NCBI GenBank assembly: GCA_963836205.1
Contig: CAWIIV010000008.1
Span: forward strand, 65,685-129,684
Direction: 5' to 3'
From: an uncultured Acidimicrobiia bacterium
GTDB lineage: Bacteria > Actinomycetota > Acidimicrobiia > Acidimicrobiales > AC-14
DNA length: 64,000 nucleotides
Part shown: positions 1-9,306 of the stretch, piece after piece
Layout: each line of letters starts with the position of its first letter
Position numbering within the stretch: the first letter of the stretch is position 1
Notes under the pieces: generated by a model
Told to the model about the DNA's origin: nothing
The model's database searches: none
The model's input: only the letters and a program-made list of their open reading frames with translations
Program-made: the position numbers and the translations under genes

Positions 1-364
1 GATCGGCCAAGGCGACGTCGGTCCCCGGATCCACGAGCGTCCGCACCACCAGCTCCAGCGCCTGCTGGGATCCCGACGTCACCAGCACCTGGTCGGGCTC
101 GACCCCGTGGTCGCCGGCGATCCATTCCCGCAGAGGACCGAAGCCTTCCGTCTCCGAGTACTGGAGGGTGCTCCCCGGGTCGCGTGCGAGAAGCCCGGCG
201 ATGGCTCGGGCGAGCTCACCGGAGGGAAAGGCCTCGGGCGCGGGGAGGCCGCCGGCAAGGGAGATGACGTCGGTCCGACCGACCACGGCCAGAAGATCCC
301 GGATCGCCGAGGAGCGGATCCGACTGGCAGCGTCGCTGCACGCGACGTCCGCGAGGTGGACCAT
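1..364 (-). CDS. PLP-dependent aminotransferase (fold type I, class I/II), N-terminal part; the gene continues beyond the window start
   Basis: I translated the - strand from the ATG at comp. 362-364: MVHLADVACSDAASRIRSSAIRDLLAVVGRTDVISLAGGLPAPEAFP...QYSETEGFGPLREWIAGDHGVEPDQVLVTSGSQQALELV. This is a typical aminotransferase N-terminus. The gene is divergent from a MocR gene. It is absent from the ORF track because it runs off the edge. Confidence 0.75.
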   Translation of the reverse strand, partial: MVHLADVACSDAASRIRSSAIRDLLAVVGRTDVISLAGGLPAPEAFPSGELARAIAGLLARDPGSTLQYSETEGFGPLREWIAGDHGVEPDQVLVTSGSQQALELVVRTLVDPGTDVALAD

Positions 365-392
365 GGTCCGGTGACTGTGGCATAACTGGCCT

Positions 393-1841
393 GTGCCGGA
401 CAGAGCCACTTCCACGCGAGTGGCTCGGTCCTGGGCCACGAAGGGCGTGGTCGACCAGCTCGGGGACTGGGCCGCGGGCGGCGGACCGCTGTTCCGCCAA
501 CTGGCCCGCGCCGTCGCCGACGGCATCGAGCGGGGCGCGTTCGCCCATGGTCAGCGGCTCCCCGCCGAACGGGCCCTGGCGGTCGCGCTGGCCATCAGCC
601 GGGGCACGGCGGTGGCCGCCTACGACCAGCTGGTGGCGGACGGCCTCGTCGAGCGCCAGCGGGGGAGCGGCACCTTCGTCCGGGCCTCGGATCCGCTCGA
701 GCTCCCGCAGGGGCGGGAGGGCTCGGGTCTGGTGCACCGGCTGGTGGACCGCAGCGCTGGCCCGTCAGAGGTGATCGACCTGTCGATCTCGGTCCTCTGT
801 GAGGCGGCCACCCTCCCGCTGGCGGAGGTGACGACCGAGGACCTGCGCGACGTCGTCCCCGACACTGGCCTCAGTCCGTGGGGCCTGCCGTCGCTGCGGG
901 CGGCGGTGGCAGAACACGTGACCGGTTGGGGGCTGGCGACGGACGAGTCCCAGGTCGTCATCACCACCGGCGCCCAGCAGGCGATCTGCGCGGCGGCCGC
1001 ATGCTGGCTGCGGGCGGGCGACACCGTCGTCGTGGAGGACCCGACCTACCCGGGGGCGTTGTCAGCCTTCATCCAGGCCGGAGCGCGGATCGTGGGGGTC
1101 GCGGTGGACGGGCAGGGGGTGCGTCCCGACGTGCTGGCCCACGCCCTCGAAAGTCGGCCGTCGCTCGTCTATCTCCAGCCGACCCTTCACAGCCCGACCG
1201 GCGCCGTGCTGTCCGCCGGCCGTCGAGAACAGGTGGGGCAGATGCTCCGGGAGGCCCGGGTGCCGCTGCTGGAGGACATGGCGCTGGCCGACCTGGCCTG
1301 GGAGCGGGTACCGCTGCCCATCGCCGCCAGCGTGCCCGGCGCGTCGGTGGCCGTCATCGGGTCGATCAGCAAGCTGTTCTGGGGCGGCCTGCGGGTCGGC
1401 TTCGTGCGGGCACCGCAGCCACTGGCGTTGCGCTTCGCCCGGGTGCGGACGATGCAGGATCTCGGGACCTCGGCCGTGAGCCAGCTCCTGGCCGGACGAC
1501 TGCTGGCCCAGGCGCGAACGACCGACTTCCGGGCCCGCCAGCAGGCCGAGCTGCGAAGCCGGTACCGCGCCCTGGCCGAGGCGCTGCACCGGGAGCTGCC
1601 CGACTGGTCCTGGCCCGAGCCCCAGGGCGGTCTGTCTATCTGGGTGCGGCTGCCGACGGCGCGCGCCGACGCCTTTGCCCACCTGGCGCTGCGCCAGGGC
1701 GTGGCGGTGGCGACAGCCCAGGCCGTCTCCGCCAGCGCGGCCCATCCCGACCGCCTTCGCCTGTCCTTCAGCGCTCCGATCCCCATCCTCCGAGAGGGCG
1801 TCCGGCGGCTAGGCGCGGCCTGGCGCGCCTTCGTCGCTTGA
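393..1841 (+). CDS. MocR/GntR-family transcriptional regulator (N-terminal GntR wHTH plus aminotransferase-like domain)
   Basis: 482-aa ORF. The HTH region reads PLFRQLARAVADGIERGAFAHGQRLPAERALAVALAISRGTAVAAYDQLVADGLVERQRGSGTFV and is followed by a class-I aminotransferase-like domain. An alternative in-frame GTG start lies at 447. Confidence 0.85.
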   Translation: MPDRATSTRVARSWATKGVVDQLGDWAAGGGPLFRQLARAVADGIERGAFAHGQRLPAERALAVALAISRGTAVAAYDQLVADGLVERQRGSGTFVRASDPLELPQGREGSGLVHRLVDRSAGPSEVIDLSISVLCEAATLPLAEVTTEDLRDVVPDTGLSPWGLPSLRAAVAEHVTGWGLATDESQVVITTGAQQAICAAAACWLRAGDTVVVEDPTYPGALSAFIQAGARIVGVAVDGQGVRPDVLAHALESRPSLVYLQPTLHSPTGAVLSAGRREQVGQMLREARVPLLEDMALADLAWERVPLPIAASVPGASVAVIGSISKLFWGGLRVGFVRAPQPLALRFARVRTMQDLGTSAVSQLLAGRLLAQARTTDFRARQQAELRSRYRALAEALHRELPDWSWPEPQGGLSIWVRLPTARADAFAHLALRQGVAVATAQAVSASAAHPDRLRLSFSAPIPILREGVRRLGAAWRAFVA

Positions 1842-1861
1842 GGACGGTCGGATGTCGACGC

Positions 1862-2282
1862 TCAGCTCCCCGGCGGACCCCGCAAGACGCCGGTGACGAC
1901 GGCCATGGCCGAAAGCACGCCGCCGCGCCGGCGACGACCGCCGCTGCTCGGGCCAGGTGACCGCTCCATCGGGCCTCGTCGCCCTCGGCGAGGATCACCC
2001 GCCGGCCGAGCAGGATCGCTCCCAGGGCGAAGATCAACGCCACGCCCGCGGAGACCACCGGGTCCCACCGGATGTCGGCCCCGCTCCACGGGCTTCCGAC
2101 AACCGACTGGGCCACCACCGAGGCGATCGTGGCGCCCCCGAACATCCCGAGCACGGCGAACGTGAAGCGGAGATGGCCGCCGCCTCCACCGACAGCAGGG
2201 TGCTGGCTGACCACCAGCGTGTGTCGACCAGTGCTGCGGCCGGGTCGAAGTCGAGGTCGATGTCGTGATGCATTGCAGTCAC
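1862..2282 (-). pseudogene. Small hydrophobic protein, reading frame broken twice (pseudogene or assembly indels)
   Basis: AGGAGGAA RBS about 10 nt upstream of the GTG at 2282 (VTAMHHDIDLDFDP...). High-GC3 coding signal then moves to a second frame (FTFAVLGMFGGATIASVVAQ...VALIFALGAILLGRRV) and a third (VLSAMAVVTGVLRGPPGS*). The first shift is at a short T run. Confidence 0.35.
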
Positions 2283-2321
2283 CTTTCGTAGGTTCCTCCT
2301 GGATGACCGTCCACCGCCGTC

Positions 2322-2546
2322 TCACGGCGCGGGCGAGTTCATGGGATTGCAGTGCCTGATTGCGGCAGCCATCCCCACCGCCGACCCCACCAGCAACGCC
2401 AGGACGGCACGCGCTCCGACCATCGGACCGACGACGCAGGCCAGAACGGAGCAGGTGCCAGCCACCCAGGCGGGCGTCGGGTGGAGGTGGAAGTCGGGGC
2501 CCCTCGGGCACGACGACGGATTCCACAGGCTCCGGCGGGCGCCGGC
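2322..2546 (-). CDS. Small hydrophobic protein, apparently translationally coupled to the upstream peptidase gene
   Basis: Its ATG overlaps the TGA of the 2549..4657 gene (gtgATGg). 74 aa with high GC3. Hydrophobic stretch VAGTCSVLACVVGPMVGARAVLALLVGSAVGMAAA. Confidence 0.4.
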   Translation of the reverse strand, partial: AGARRSLWNPSSCPRGPDFHLHPTPAWVAGTCSVLACVVGPMVGARAVLALLVGSAVGMAAAIRHCNPMNSPAP

Positions 2547-2548
2547 CA

Positions 2549-4657
2549 TCACGAAGCCATGCCGGACGACGCCCCAACCGATTCCCCGCCCAGCCCCGGG
2601 AGTGGCGCGTCGTCGAGGGCCTGGCGGGCCATCGACTCCGCTGTCTCGAGTGCCGCATCCGCCGCCACCGCCACGTCGGGGACCACCCCGGTGCCCTCCC
2701 AGTTGGTCCCGGTGATGGGGTTGATGCTCCGGCCGGTCGGCACGCACATCCCGAACCCGGCGACGAGCGGGGCGCATCCACCGGGGTGGGCACCGCCGCC
2801 TGTCGTCTCCCCCACGATGGTGGCCCGCCCCAGCGCCTGCAGGTTGTAGGCGAACTCCTCCGCGGCCGAGAAGGTGCGCTCGCTCGTGAGGACGTAGACA
2901 TCCTTGTCCGGCCCGAAGCGTGTGCCAGCGACATCGCCGAGCGTCCAGAACTGCTCCGTGCGGTCCCCGTCACGCCAGTAGATGTCGCTGAGATGGACCG
3001 GCTCCTCGTCGAACAGGTAGGAGCTGATCAGGGCCACCATGCCAGGGCTGCCGCCGCCGTTGTCCCGGAGGTCGAAGATGAGCGCCTCGGCGTCGTGCAC
3101 CGACGTCAGGGCCGCGGCCACTGCTGCCTCCGCTCCTTGGGGCTCGAGGAAACCGACCAGCTTGATGTAGGCGAGGTTGCCCGGCAGGCGCTCGACGCGC
3201 TCGAAGCCGAAGTTCGCCGGCTCGGCATGGTCTCCCTCCGGTCGCCCAGGGGGTGGTCCGACGGGACCGCCCGCGGCAGGATCGCCGAGGTAGTCGACCC
3301 CCAGATGCTTGTCGTGGCTCACCTCCCGGAGGTGAGTCGTCAGAAGCCAGGCCAGCGCCGAGACGTTGGTGACGCGGTCGTACCCGCCACCGGCCTGGCG
3401 AGCGCGGATCGCCCGTTCCATCTCCTCGGCGCGGTCGGGGAAGACATACTGGTCTTGGATCCGGGAGAGCACGGCGTCGATCACCTGGCCCCGGGTCGTG
3501 ACGTCGAGATCGACGGCCTCCTCGATGCCGAGCGCGAGTGCATCGAGTGGCGCGGCGAACAGGTCGAGCGCCGGCCCCTCGCTGAAGGTGTTGGTCAGCA
3601 GCACCACCGTGACCTGATCGTCGGGAAAGAAGGTGAGGCGGCTCATGAAGCCATCGATGGCACCGTCGTGGAACACCGCCGCGTGCCCCTGGAGAGGATG
3701 CAGCATCAGGCCGAACCCGTAGGGCACGGTGGTCCCGTCGGCCATATCGGTGGACGTCGTCATCATCCGGTAGGACGCGCCGGAGACGACCCGTCCGCTG
3801 CGCAGCGCCTGGCTCCACGCCAGCAGGTCCCCAACCGTCGAGCACAGCCCGCCAGCGGCGAACGGCACTGCCATCTCGATGGGCTGAGCGTCCACCAGCG
3901 CGCCGTTGGCGATGTCGTAGCCACGGGCGTGCCCTGGCCCCTCCGGCTTGTCCGGGCAGTACGAGGTCTGGCGCAAACCGGCCGGCTCGAAGACGTGTGC
4001 GTCCAGGTACGAGGCGTAGGTGCCACCGGTGACCTTCTCGATGACCAACCCCAGGAGCAGGTAGCCCGAGTTGGAGTAGCTGAAGCGCTCGCCCGGTTCG
4101 AAATCGAAGCGCTGGGCGGCGATGAGGTCCACCACTTCCTGGCGGGTGGTTCCGGGTTCGCCTCGGCCGCCTGCCAGATCGGTGTGGTCCGCAATGCCCG
4201 AGGTGTGGTTGAGGAGGTGCCGGACGGTGACGTGATGTCCCTGGATGGGGAAGTCGGGGAGCAACTCGCCGAGGTCGTCGTCGAGGCTGAGCCGTCCGGC
4301 CTCGACCAGCTGCAGGATGGCGGCGGCGGTGAACTGCTTGGTGAGCGAGCCGATGGGATAGATGGTCTCCGCTGTCGCGGGGACCCCCCGACCGATGTCG
4401 GCCAAGCCGTAGCCCTTCGTGACGACGGTCCTGCCGTCGCGGACCACTGCGACGGACACGCCCGCCAGCGGTCCCGCCTCGAGCGCTTCCGCAGCCAGCG
4501 TGTCGACGCCCGCCAGCAAGGCGACGTCGACCTGCCGAGAGGCGTGACTGCACGCGGCCACCGCCAGCATCACCCCGGACAGGAGCATGGCCACGGCGGC
4601 CCGAGACCGACCCCGGCGCCGATGGACAGCACACTGGACCCACACCCTCTGCGTCAT
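2549..4657 (-). CDS. Lipoprotein fusing a serine beta-lactamase/DD-peptidase-family domain to a C-terminal S41 (IRBP/tail-specific-like) peptidase domain
   Basis: Start chosen at MTQRVW... (ATG comp. 4655-4657) with a GGAGG RBS. Signal peptide plus lipobox (LAVAAC). SxxK motif in IGSLTKQF and YxN motif in YSNSGY. S41-like motifs in the C-terminal half: FDLRDNGGGS and VLTSERTFSAAEEF. Confidence 0.85.
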   Translation of the reverse strand: MTQRVWVQCAVHRRRGRSRAAVAMLLSGVMLAVAACSHASRQVDVALLAGVDTLAAEALEAGPLAGVSVAVVRDGRTVVTKGYGLADIGRGVPATAETIYPIGSLTKQFTAAAILQLVEAGRLSLDDDLGELLPDFPIQGHHVTVRHLLNHTSGIADHTDLAGGRGEPGTTRQEVVDLIAAQRFDFEPGERFSYSNSGYLLLGLVIEKVTGGTYASYLDAHVFEPAGLRQTSYCPDKPEGPGHARGYDIANGALVDAQPIEMAVPFAAGGLCSTVGDLLAWSQALRSGRVVSGASYRMMTTSTDMADGTTVPYGFGLMLHPLQGHAAVFHDGAIDGFMSRLTFFPDDQVTVVLLTNTFSEGPALDLFAAPLDALALGIEEAVDLDVTTRGQVIDAVLSRIQDQYVFPDRAEEMERAIRARQAGGGYDRVTNVSALAWLLTTHLREVSHDKHLGVDYLGDPAAGGPVGPPPGRPEGDHAEPANFGFERVERLPGNLAYIKLVGFLEPQGAEAAVAAALTSVHDAEALIFDLRDNGGGSPGMVALISSYLFDEEPVHLSDIYWRDGDRTEQFWTLGDVAGTRFGPDKDVYVLTSERTFSAAEEFAYNLQALGRATIVGETTGGGAHPGGCAPLVAGFGMCVPTGRSINPITGTNWEGTGVVPDVAVAADAALETAESMARQALDDAPLPGLGGESVGASSGMAS

Positions 4658-4988
4658 CGAAGCCTCCGCTCGTCCGCCTTGGCCGTCTCCGCAACCGATC
4701 GTCGCGGCACCCACCATGACGCCTCGCCCGGGGATCTGGTTGACACTGATTCCCGGATCGAATCGAGAAGAAGATCGGCGGATTCCTGTCAACGCGATCG
4801 CCATCCTGGGCGTCTGGCCCTGCATGTGGTCCCGGATCCAAGGCCCGTGCGGCCCCAGCTACGCTGGCGTCGCCCTCGACCAAGGCGACGACGGGTGTGC
4901 GCCGACCCTCTCGCTCGTCGACGGGCGGCCGGGGAGCAACTTCTCAGGCGCTGAGGCGGGCGGTGGTGTCGAGGCGGAGGAGTCGGCG

Positions 4989-5507
4989 GTGGGGCTTGGC
5001 CAAGCAGCGTGCTGGAGCCGTGAGGAGTTCTGGGTCGTGCTCTCCGACCTGCACCGTCTCCACTATCACTCCCTCGTTCGCCTCGCCGCCCTGTACCTCG
5101 ACGACGCCGGCGAGGACGCGGTGCAGGAGGCCTTTGTTCGGGTGTCGCTGCAATGGGACCGCATCCGGAACGCCGACAAAGTCCTCGTCTACGTCCGGCG
5201 GGCGGTCCTCAACAACGCCAAGTCCGAGCTGCGGCACCGCATGACCGTCCGTCGCCACCCGCTGGCGGTGCCCCTGAGCGCCCCCGCCAGCGAGGACGTG
5301 GCTTTGAGTCATCTCGCCGAGGAGGCGATCGTCGTCCGTCTGCGGCAGCTCCCGGCCCGCCAGGCCGCCTGCGTCGGGCTCCGGTTCTATCTCGACCTGT
5401 CGGAGAAGGAGACGGCCGAGGTGCTCAAGATATCGGCCGGATCGGTCAAGCAGCACACGAGCAGAGGAATGAGGAAGCTGAGGCCCATGCTGGGGGGCAC
5501 GGAATGA
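4989..5507 (+). CDS. ECF-type sigma-70 family RNA polymerase sigma factor
   Basis: Region 2 (DAVQEAFVRVSLQWDRIR..YVRRAVLNNAKSELRHR) and region 4 HTH (LPARQAACVGLRFYLDLSEKETAEVLKISAGSVKQHTSRGMRKLR). GTG at 4989 is preceded by GGAGGAG. The long ORF upstream of that point is Arg/Pro-rich and non-coding-like. Confidence 0.85.
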   Translation: MGLGQAACWSREEFWVVLSDLHRLHYHSLVRLAALYLDDAGEDAVQEAFVRVSLQWDRIRNADKVLVYVRRAVLNNAKSELRHRMTVRRHPLAVPLSAPASEDVALSHLAEEAIVVRLRQLPARQAACVGLRFYLDLSEKETAEVLKISAGSVKQHTSRGMRKLRPMLGGTE

Positions 5508-6571
5508 CTGATGACTACTTCGGCGACGACGAGCGTCTCCGCCGGGCACTGCACGGCTACGCCGGTCGGTTCCAGCCGATACAGGACGAGTGGGCCAGGA
5601 TCGAAGGACGCAGCGCGGCTGTGAGGCCGCGTTCGAAGCCTCGCCGAAGTTTGATCTCGCTCACCGGCACGGTCGCGGTGGCCGCCGTCGTGGTCCTGTT
5701 GGCGGGCATCCTGGCCCGATCCCCAGACGTGCGAGTGTCGGTGGCCGGGACCTTCGTCGAACCCGATCGACCCCAGTATGCCGGGCTTGCCCAAGCGCCC
5801 AGCTTCGCCCCGGGATCGACGATGGCCGACATCCAGGGCCGAGGTTTCATCCGGGTCGGGATCAAGTTCGACCAGCTCTACTTCGGCAAGCTCGACCCGG
5901 GCACGGGCAAGGTGCAGGGCTTCGACGCCGAGATCGCCAAGCTGGTTGCGGTGGGCATCTTCGGGGGGACGGTGAGCGACATCGAGGACCGGATCCACTG
6001 GGTCGAAGCCGTGAGCCGGAATCGGGAGTCGTTGCTCGAGGACGGCGCCGTCGACATCGTGGTGGCGACGTACAGCATCACCGTGGCCCGCCAGGAGAAG
6101 GTGAGCTTCGCCGGCCCGTATTACAGCTCGACCCAGGACATCATGGTCAGAGGCGACGATGCATCGATCGCCGGGGTCGACGACCTGGCCGGCAGGAAGG
6201 TGTGCACAGCCCAAGGCTCGACCTCCTACCAGAACCTCGTCACCCACAGCCCCGCGGCGCTGGCGGTGGTGCGCGACACCTACTCCGAGTGCGCCCAGGC
6301 CCTTTCCGACGGAGACGTCGACGCGGTCACCACCGATCAGGCCATCCTCGCCGGCTACCTGCACCAGGGCGGGGGGACGTTCAAGCTCCTCGGCCGCCCG
6401 TTCGCCCCTGAGGAGCTCTACGGCATCGGTCTGCACAAGGGCGACGAAATGTTCCGCACCTTCCTCAACCAGCGCCTGATCGCCATCGTCGCCAACGGCG
6501 ACTGGAGCCAGGCGGCCCGCGACTCGATCTCGAACCTGGAGCCGCTGCCACCGCTCATCGCGCATCCGTAG
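5504..6571 (+). CDS. Membrane-anchored protein: anti-sigma-like N-terminus, one TM segment, and an extracytoplasmic family-3 solute-binding (amino-acid-binding) domain
   Basis: ATGA overlap with the sigma gene stop (5504-5507). TM segment LISLTGTVAVAAVVVLLAGILA. SBP_bac_3-like region: FIRVGIKFDQLYFG...GFDAEIAKLVA...DIVVATYSITVARQEKVSFAGPYY...AVTTDQAILAGY. Confidence 0.8.
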   Translation: MTDDYFGDDERLRRALHGYAGRFQPIQDEWARIEGRSAAVRPRSKPRRSLISLTGTVAVAAVVVLLAGILARSPDVRVSVAGTFVEPDRPQYAGLAQAPSFAPGSTMADIQGRGFIRVGIKFDQLYFGKLDPGTGKVQGFDAEIAKLVAVGIFGGTVSDIEDRIHWVEAVSRNRESLLEDGAVDIVVATYSITVARQEKVSFAGPYYSSTQDIMVRGDDASIAGVDDLAGRKVCTAQGSTSYQNLVTHSPAALAVVRDTYSECAQALSDGDVDAVTTDQAILAGYLHQGGGTFKLLGRPFAPEELYGIGLHKGDEMFRTFLNQRLIAIVANGDWSQAARDSISNLEPLPPLIAHP

Positions 6572-6676
6572 AAGCTGCTGTCAACGCGATCGCATCGCCC
6601 GGCGTCGTGGGGAGCGACGGTGCACACCAGCGACGACGGGCGCGATCGGGAGACCTTGAGCGGCGAGGAGCGGCAG

Positions 6677-7372
6677 ATGACAGGCAGGACCTCATCGATG
6701 CGGGTGGGCGCCGGGGTGGCAGTGATTCTGTCGCTGATCCTCGCCAGCTGCGCTGGTAGCGGCTCGACGATGCCGGCGGGCCAGAACTTCACTCCCGACC
6801 AGGTGTCTCGCTTTGTGATTGCCAAAGGCGACCTGCCGTCGGAGTTCAAGAACGTGAACTCAGATACGAGGCTCGTGCCGTGTGACTCCGGCTGGCTGGC
6901 GAACCGGGGCGCCCTGACCGAGAACGCCGACGAGCTTGCCGTCAAGCAGAACTTGCTCGCTCTGGGGCCCCAGCGCTGTCAGGTGTCCCTTGACGAGAGA
7001 CGGATCCGCGACACTGCCGGGGCCGTGGTCGGGGCGTCCGGCTTCCAGATCTTTGCCGTCGTTTTCCCGGACTCAAACGCGGCCTCGAAGGCTCTTCCGC
7101 TTTTCCGGGCGCAGTTCTCGGACCCGTACTTGGCCGAGTCCTACGCCGAGGAGGGCCAGACCCCCGGCGCGCCCGAGGATCTCCTCAACCCTGGACTCGG
7201 TGACGAGTCGACGCCCGGGATCAAGCGGGAACCCGCGCCCGGTCTCTCCCCTGATTACACCTACATCTGGCGCGTCCGCAACGTCGCCCTGGTGTTGGGC
7301 GGGGGCGCCGACTTGGGTGAGGAGGAGATCCTGAGGATGGCGATGAACATCTCAGCCAGAGCAGTGAAATAG
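6677..7372 (+). CDS. Hypothetical lipoprotein
   Basis: GAGGAG RBS 6 nt upstream of the ATG at 6677. Signal peptide plus lipobox (AVILSLILASC). High-GC3 ORF. I recognise no family. Confidence 0.65.
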   Translation: MTGRTSSMRVGAGVAVILSLILASCAGSGSTMPAGQNFTPDQVSRFVIAKGDLPSEFKNVNSDTRLVPCDSGWLANRGALTENADELAVKQNLLALGPQRCQVSLDERRIRDTAGAVVGASGFQIFAVVFPDSNAASKALPLFRAQFSDPYLAESYAEEGQTPGAPEDLLNPGLGDESTPGIKREPAPGLSPDYTYIWRVRNVALVLGGGADLGEEEILRMAMNISARAVK

Positions 7373-7455
7373 AGCTTCCCTGGTCGACGGACAGCGACCT
7401 CGCCCGTGCGGCCAACACGCGGGCGGGGGCACACAACCGCCTCTCTTCGGAATGC

Positions 7456-7477
7456 GGGGATAATCACCCTTATCCCC
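7456..7477. repeat. Perfect 8-bp inverted repeat GGGGATAA-N6-TTATCCCC in the intergenic region
   Basis: Read directly from the sequence. It lies between the lipoprotein gene end (7372) and the 3' end of the recombinase pseudogene (7611). Confidence 0.6.
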
Positions 7478-7610
7478 GAAACGATTCGCCGAGATCCTCC
7501 GGCAGCCGGTCCGACGGGGGGTCCCGGTAGTAACGGCGCAATAGACAACGTTCATGACCGATGCGTGTGCTGGCCCGCCGAGGCGCGGGGTGCCGTCCGA
7601 CGTCGGACGG

Positions 7611-8185
7611 TCAGGTCCGTGGTTGCAGGTGTCGGTAGATCGTCGGACGGGTGACGCCGAACTCTTCGGCGATCTGCTGGACGGTGTGCGCTCGACGACC
7701 GTCGGGGCCCAGCTCCTCGTACACGCCCTGGGCGATCTTGGCCTGGCGGGCCGTGAGCTTCGGCTTCTGGCCGCCGGTGCGCCCGCGGGCTCGGGCGGCT
7801 TCGAGGCCGTCCCGCGTGCGCTCAGACATGAGGGCGTGCTCGAACTCGGCGATCGCCACCAGGATCTGGAAGAACATTCGCCCTACCGCAGTGGAGGTGT
7901 CGATGCCTTGGTCCAAACGACCAAGTCGACGCCGCGAGCCTGAAGGTCTCTCGAAAGGGTGATCAGGTGCTCCAGCGAGCGGCCGAGGGGATCGAGTTTG
8001 GTGATCACCAGTTGGTCGCCGGCACGGGTCACGAGGAGCGCCTTGTCCAGTGCCGGGCGCGGCGGGCCAGCTTGCCACTGGCCTTGTCTACGACGATCTC
8101 CTCACAGCCGGGCAGCGGCAAGAGCGTCTCGCTGGCCGTCTGGGTTCTGGTCCCGTGTCGAGACCCTGCCGTAGCCGACCCGCAC
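7611..8185 (-). pseudogene. Serine recombinase (resolvase/invertase family) pseudogene with at least 3 frameshifts
   Basis: Pieces lie in three frames: VRVGYGRVSTRDQNPDGQRDALAAA (catalytic Ser motif), EIVVDKASGKLA, ALDKALLVTRAGDQLVITKLDPLGRSLEHLITLSRDLQARGVDLV, and GIDTSTAVGRMFFQILVAIAEFEHALMSERTRDGL...HTVQQIAEEFGVTRPTIYRHL (C-terminal HTH). Confidence 0.8.
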
Positions 8186-8681
8186 GCCGGAAATGTATCG
8201 CAAACGGGGAAGAGCGTTGCGTAGGCGAGTACCCGGCTCGCGTGACAACCACCACCTGCGACGATCCACCCTCACGTCGACGTGTACGCACACGATCGTT
8301 CGTGGACACGAGTCAACTGGCAAGCGGGCGAGCCCAGGTCCCGACGCCAGCGACGGCGCGTAATCCAGCGGTCGAGCCGGGCCGTCGCAAAGTCACGCGC
8401 CAGGTTCGCCCCGAGCCTGCTCAGGTTCTCGCCTCGGAGACTGCCGAGTCGAGTGGACCAATCCTGGATGGCCGAGATCGTCAGCAACATGTCCTGGCGC
8501 CTCAGGGTGAAGCGGCGCAGGCTCGTCTCAACCCCGATGACGAACGTCCGACCGGAGCAGGCGGATCGTCCAGATCCCGAGACACAAGCTCACCCACCCA
8601 GGACCGTATGAGGACGCCTCGTTTGTCGGCGGGTTGAGACCGCCGCACCGGCCCGATGCCCTCGTGACCGAGCAGAGGAGC

Positions 8682-9188
8682 ATGGTGCAAGTCGTTTCCC
8701 ACCCGCTCACCGGCGGCGACCAGGTCGTACCCCATCCGCCCGCCCGACGGCCCGGCGGGCGGCGACGGCTGGTCCTGACCGTCCTGGCCGTGGTTGCGTT
8801 CGTTGCTGCAGTGCTCGGGCTCGGACTGGACGGCCTGATCCCGTTCGGGGTGCTGCTCGCCTTCAGCGCCGATGCCGACGAGGAGGCAACCAGGCGGTCG
8901 GTCATCGTCACCCCCCGCAATCTCGGGCTGGCAACTGCCATGTCGGCGGCGTTGGCCTGGTTCTCGCTCTCGTACTTCGACCTTACGATGTCGACCCTCA
9001 TGGTGATCGCCGGGGTGGCGATGGCCCTGCCGCTTGCGCTCCAGGAGTCCACGGGCGATGCCACGCGTGAGAGCACCGTCGCCGTCACCAAGCGCAGCCA
9101 CATCCTGGCCGTCTGGGGGCTGGTGATCTCCGTCACCTCTACCACCCGAGGGGGGAGAGCCTCAGCGGACTGGCGGCGGTGTGCCTGA
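8682..9188 (+). CDS. Hypothetical multi-pass membrane protein
   Basis: High-GC3 ORF; start taken at MVQVVSH. Hydrophobic segments LVLTVLAVVAFVAAVLGLGL, ATAMSAALAWFSLSYF and LMVIAGVAMALPLAL. The 3' end lies just after a G7 run (~9150), so the true C-terminus is uncertain. Confidence 0.5.
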   Translation: MVQVVSHPLTGGDQVVPHPPARRPGGRRRLVLTVLAVVAFVAAVLGLGLDGLIPFGVLLAFSADADEEATRRSVIVTPRNLGLATAMSAALAWFSLSYFDLTMSTLMVIAGVAMALPLALQESTGDATRESTVAVTKRSHILAVWGLVISVTSTTRGGRASADWRRCA

Positions 9189-9306
9189 TCCTGCCCTGGC
9201 ACTGGCGGCGTCGCGGGCGTGGGGCGCCCGACGGGGGCGGATCGAGTTCGGGCTGCTCCGGCACCCGCTGCACCGGGAGGTGCAGCCCCACCTGCTCCAG
9301 GTCCTG

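Noticed and set aside
8272-8640. Short ORFs next to the resolvase pseudogene that might be a Tn3-type transposase remnant.
   Set aside because: - The translations (e.g. MLLTISAIQDWSTRLGSLRGENLSRLG...) match no transposase signature I can recall, so there is too little evidence.
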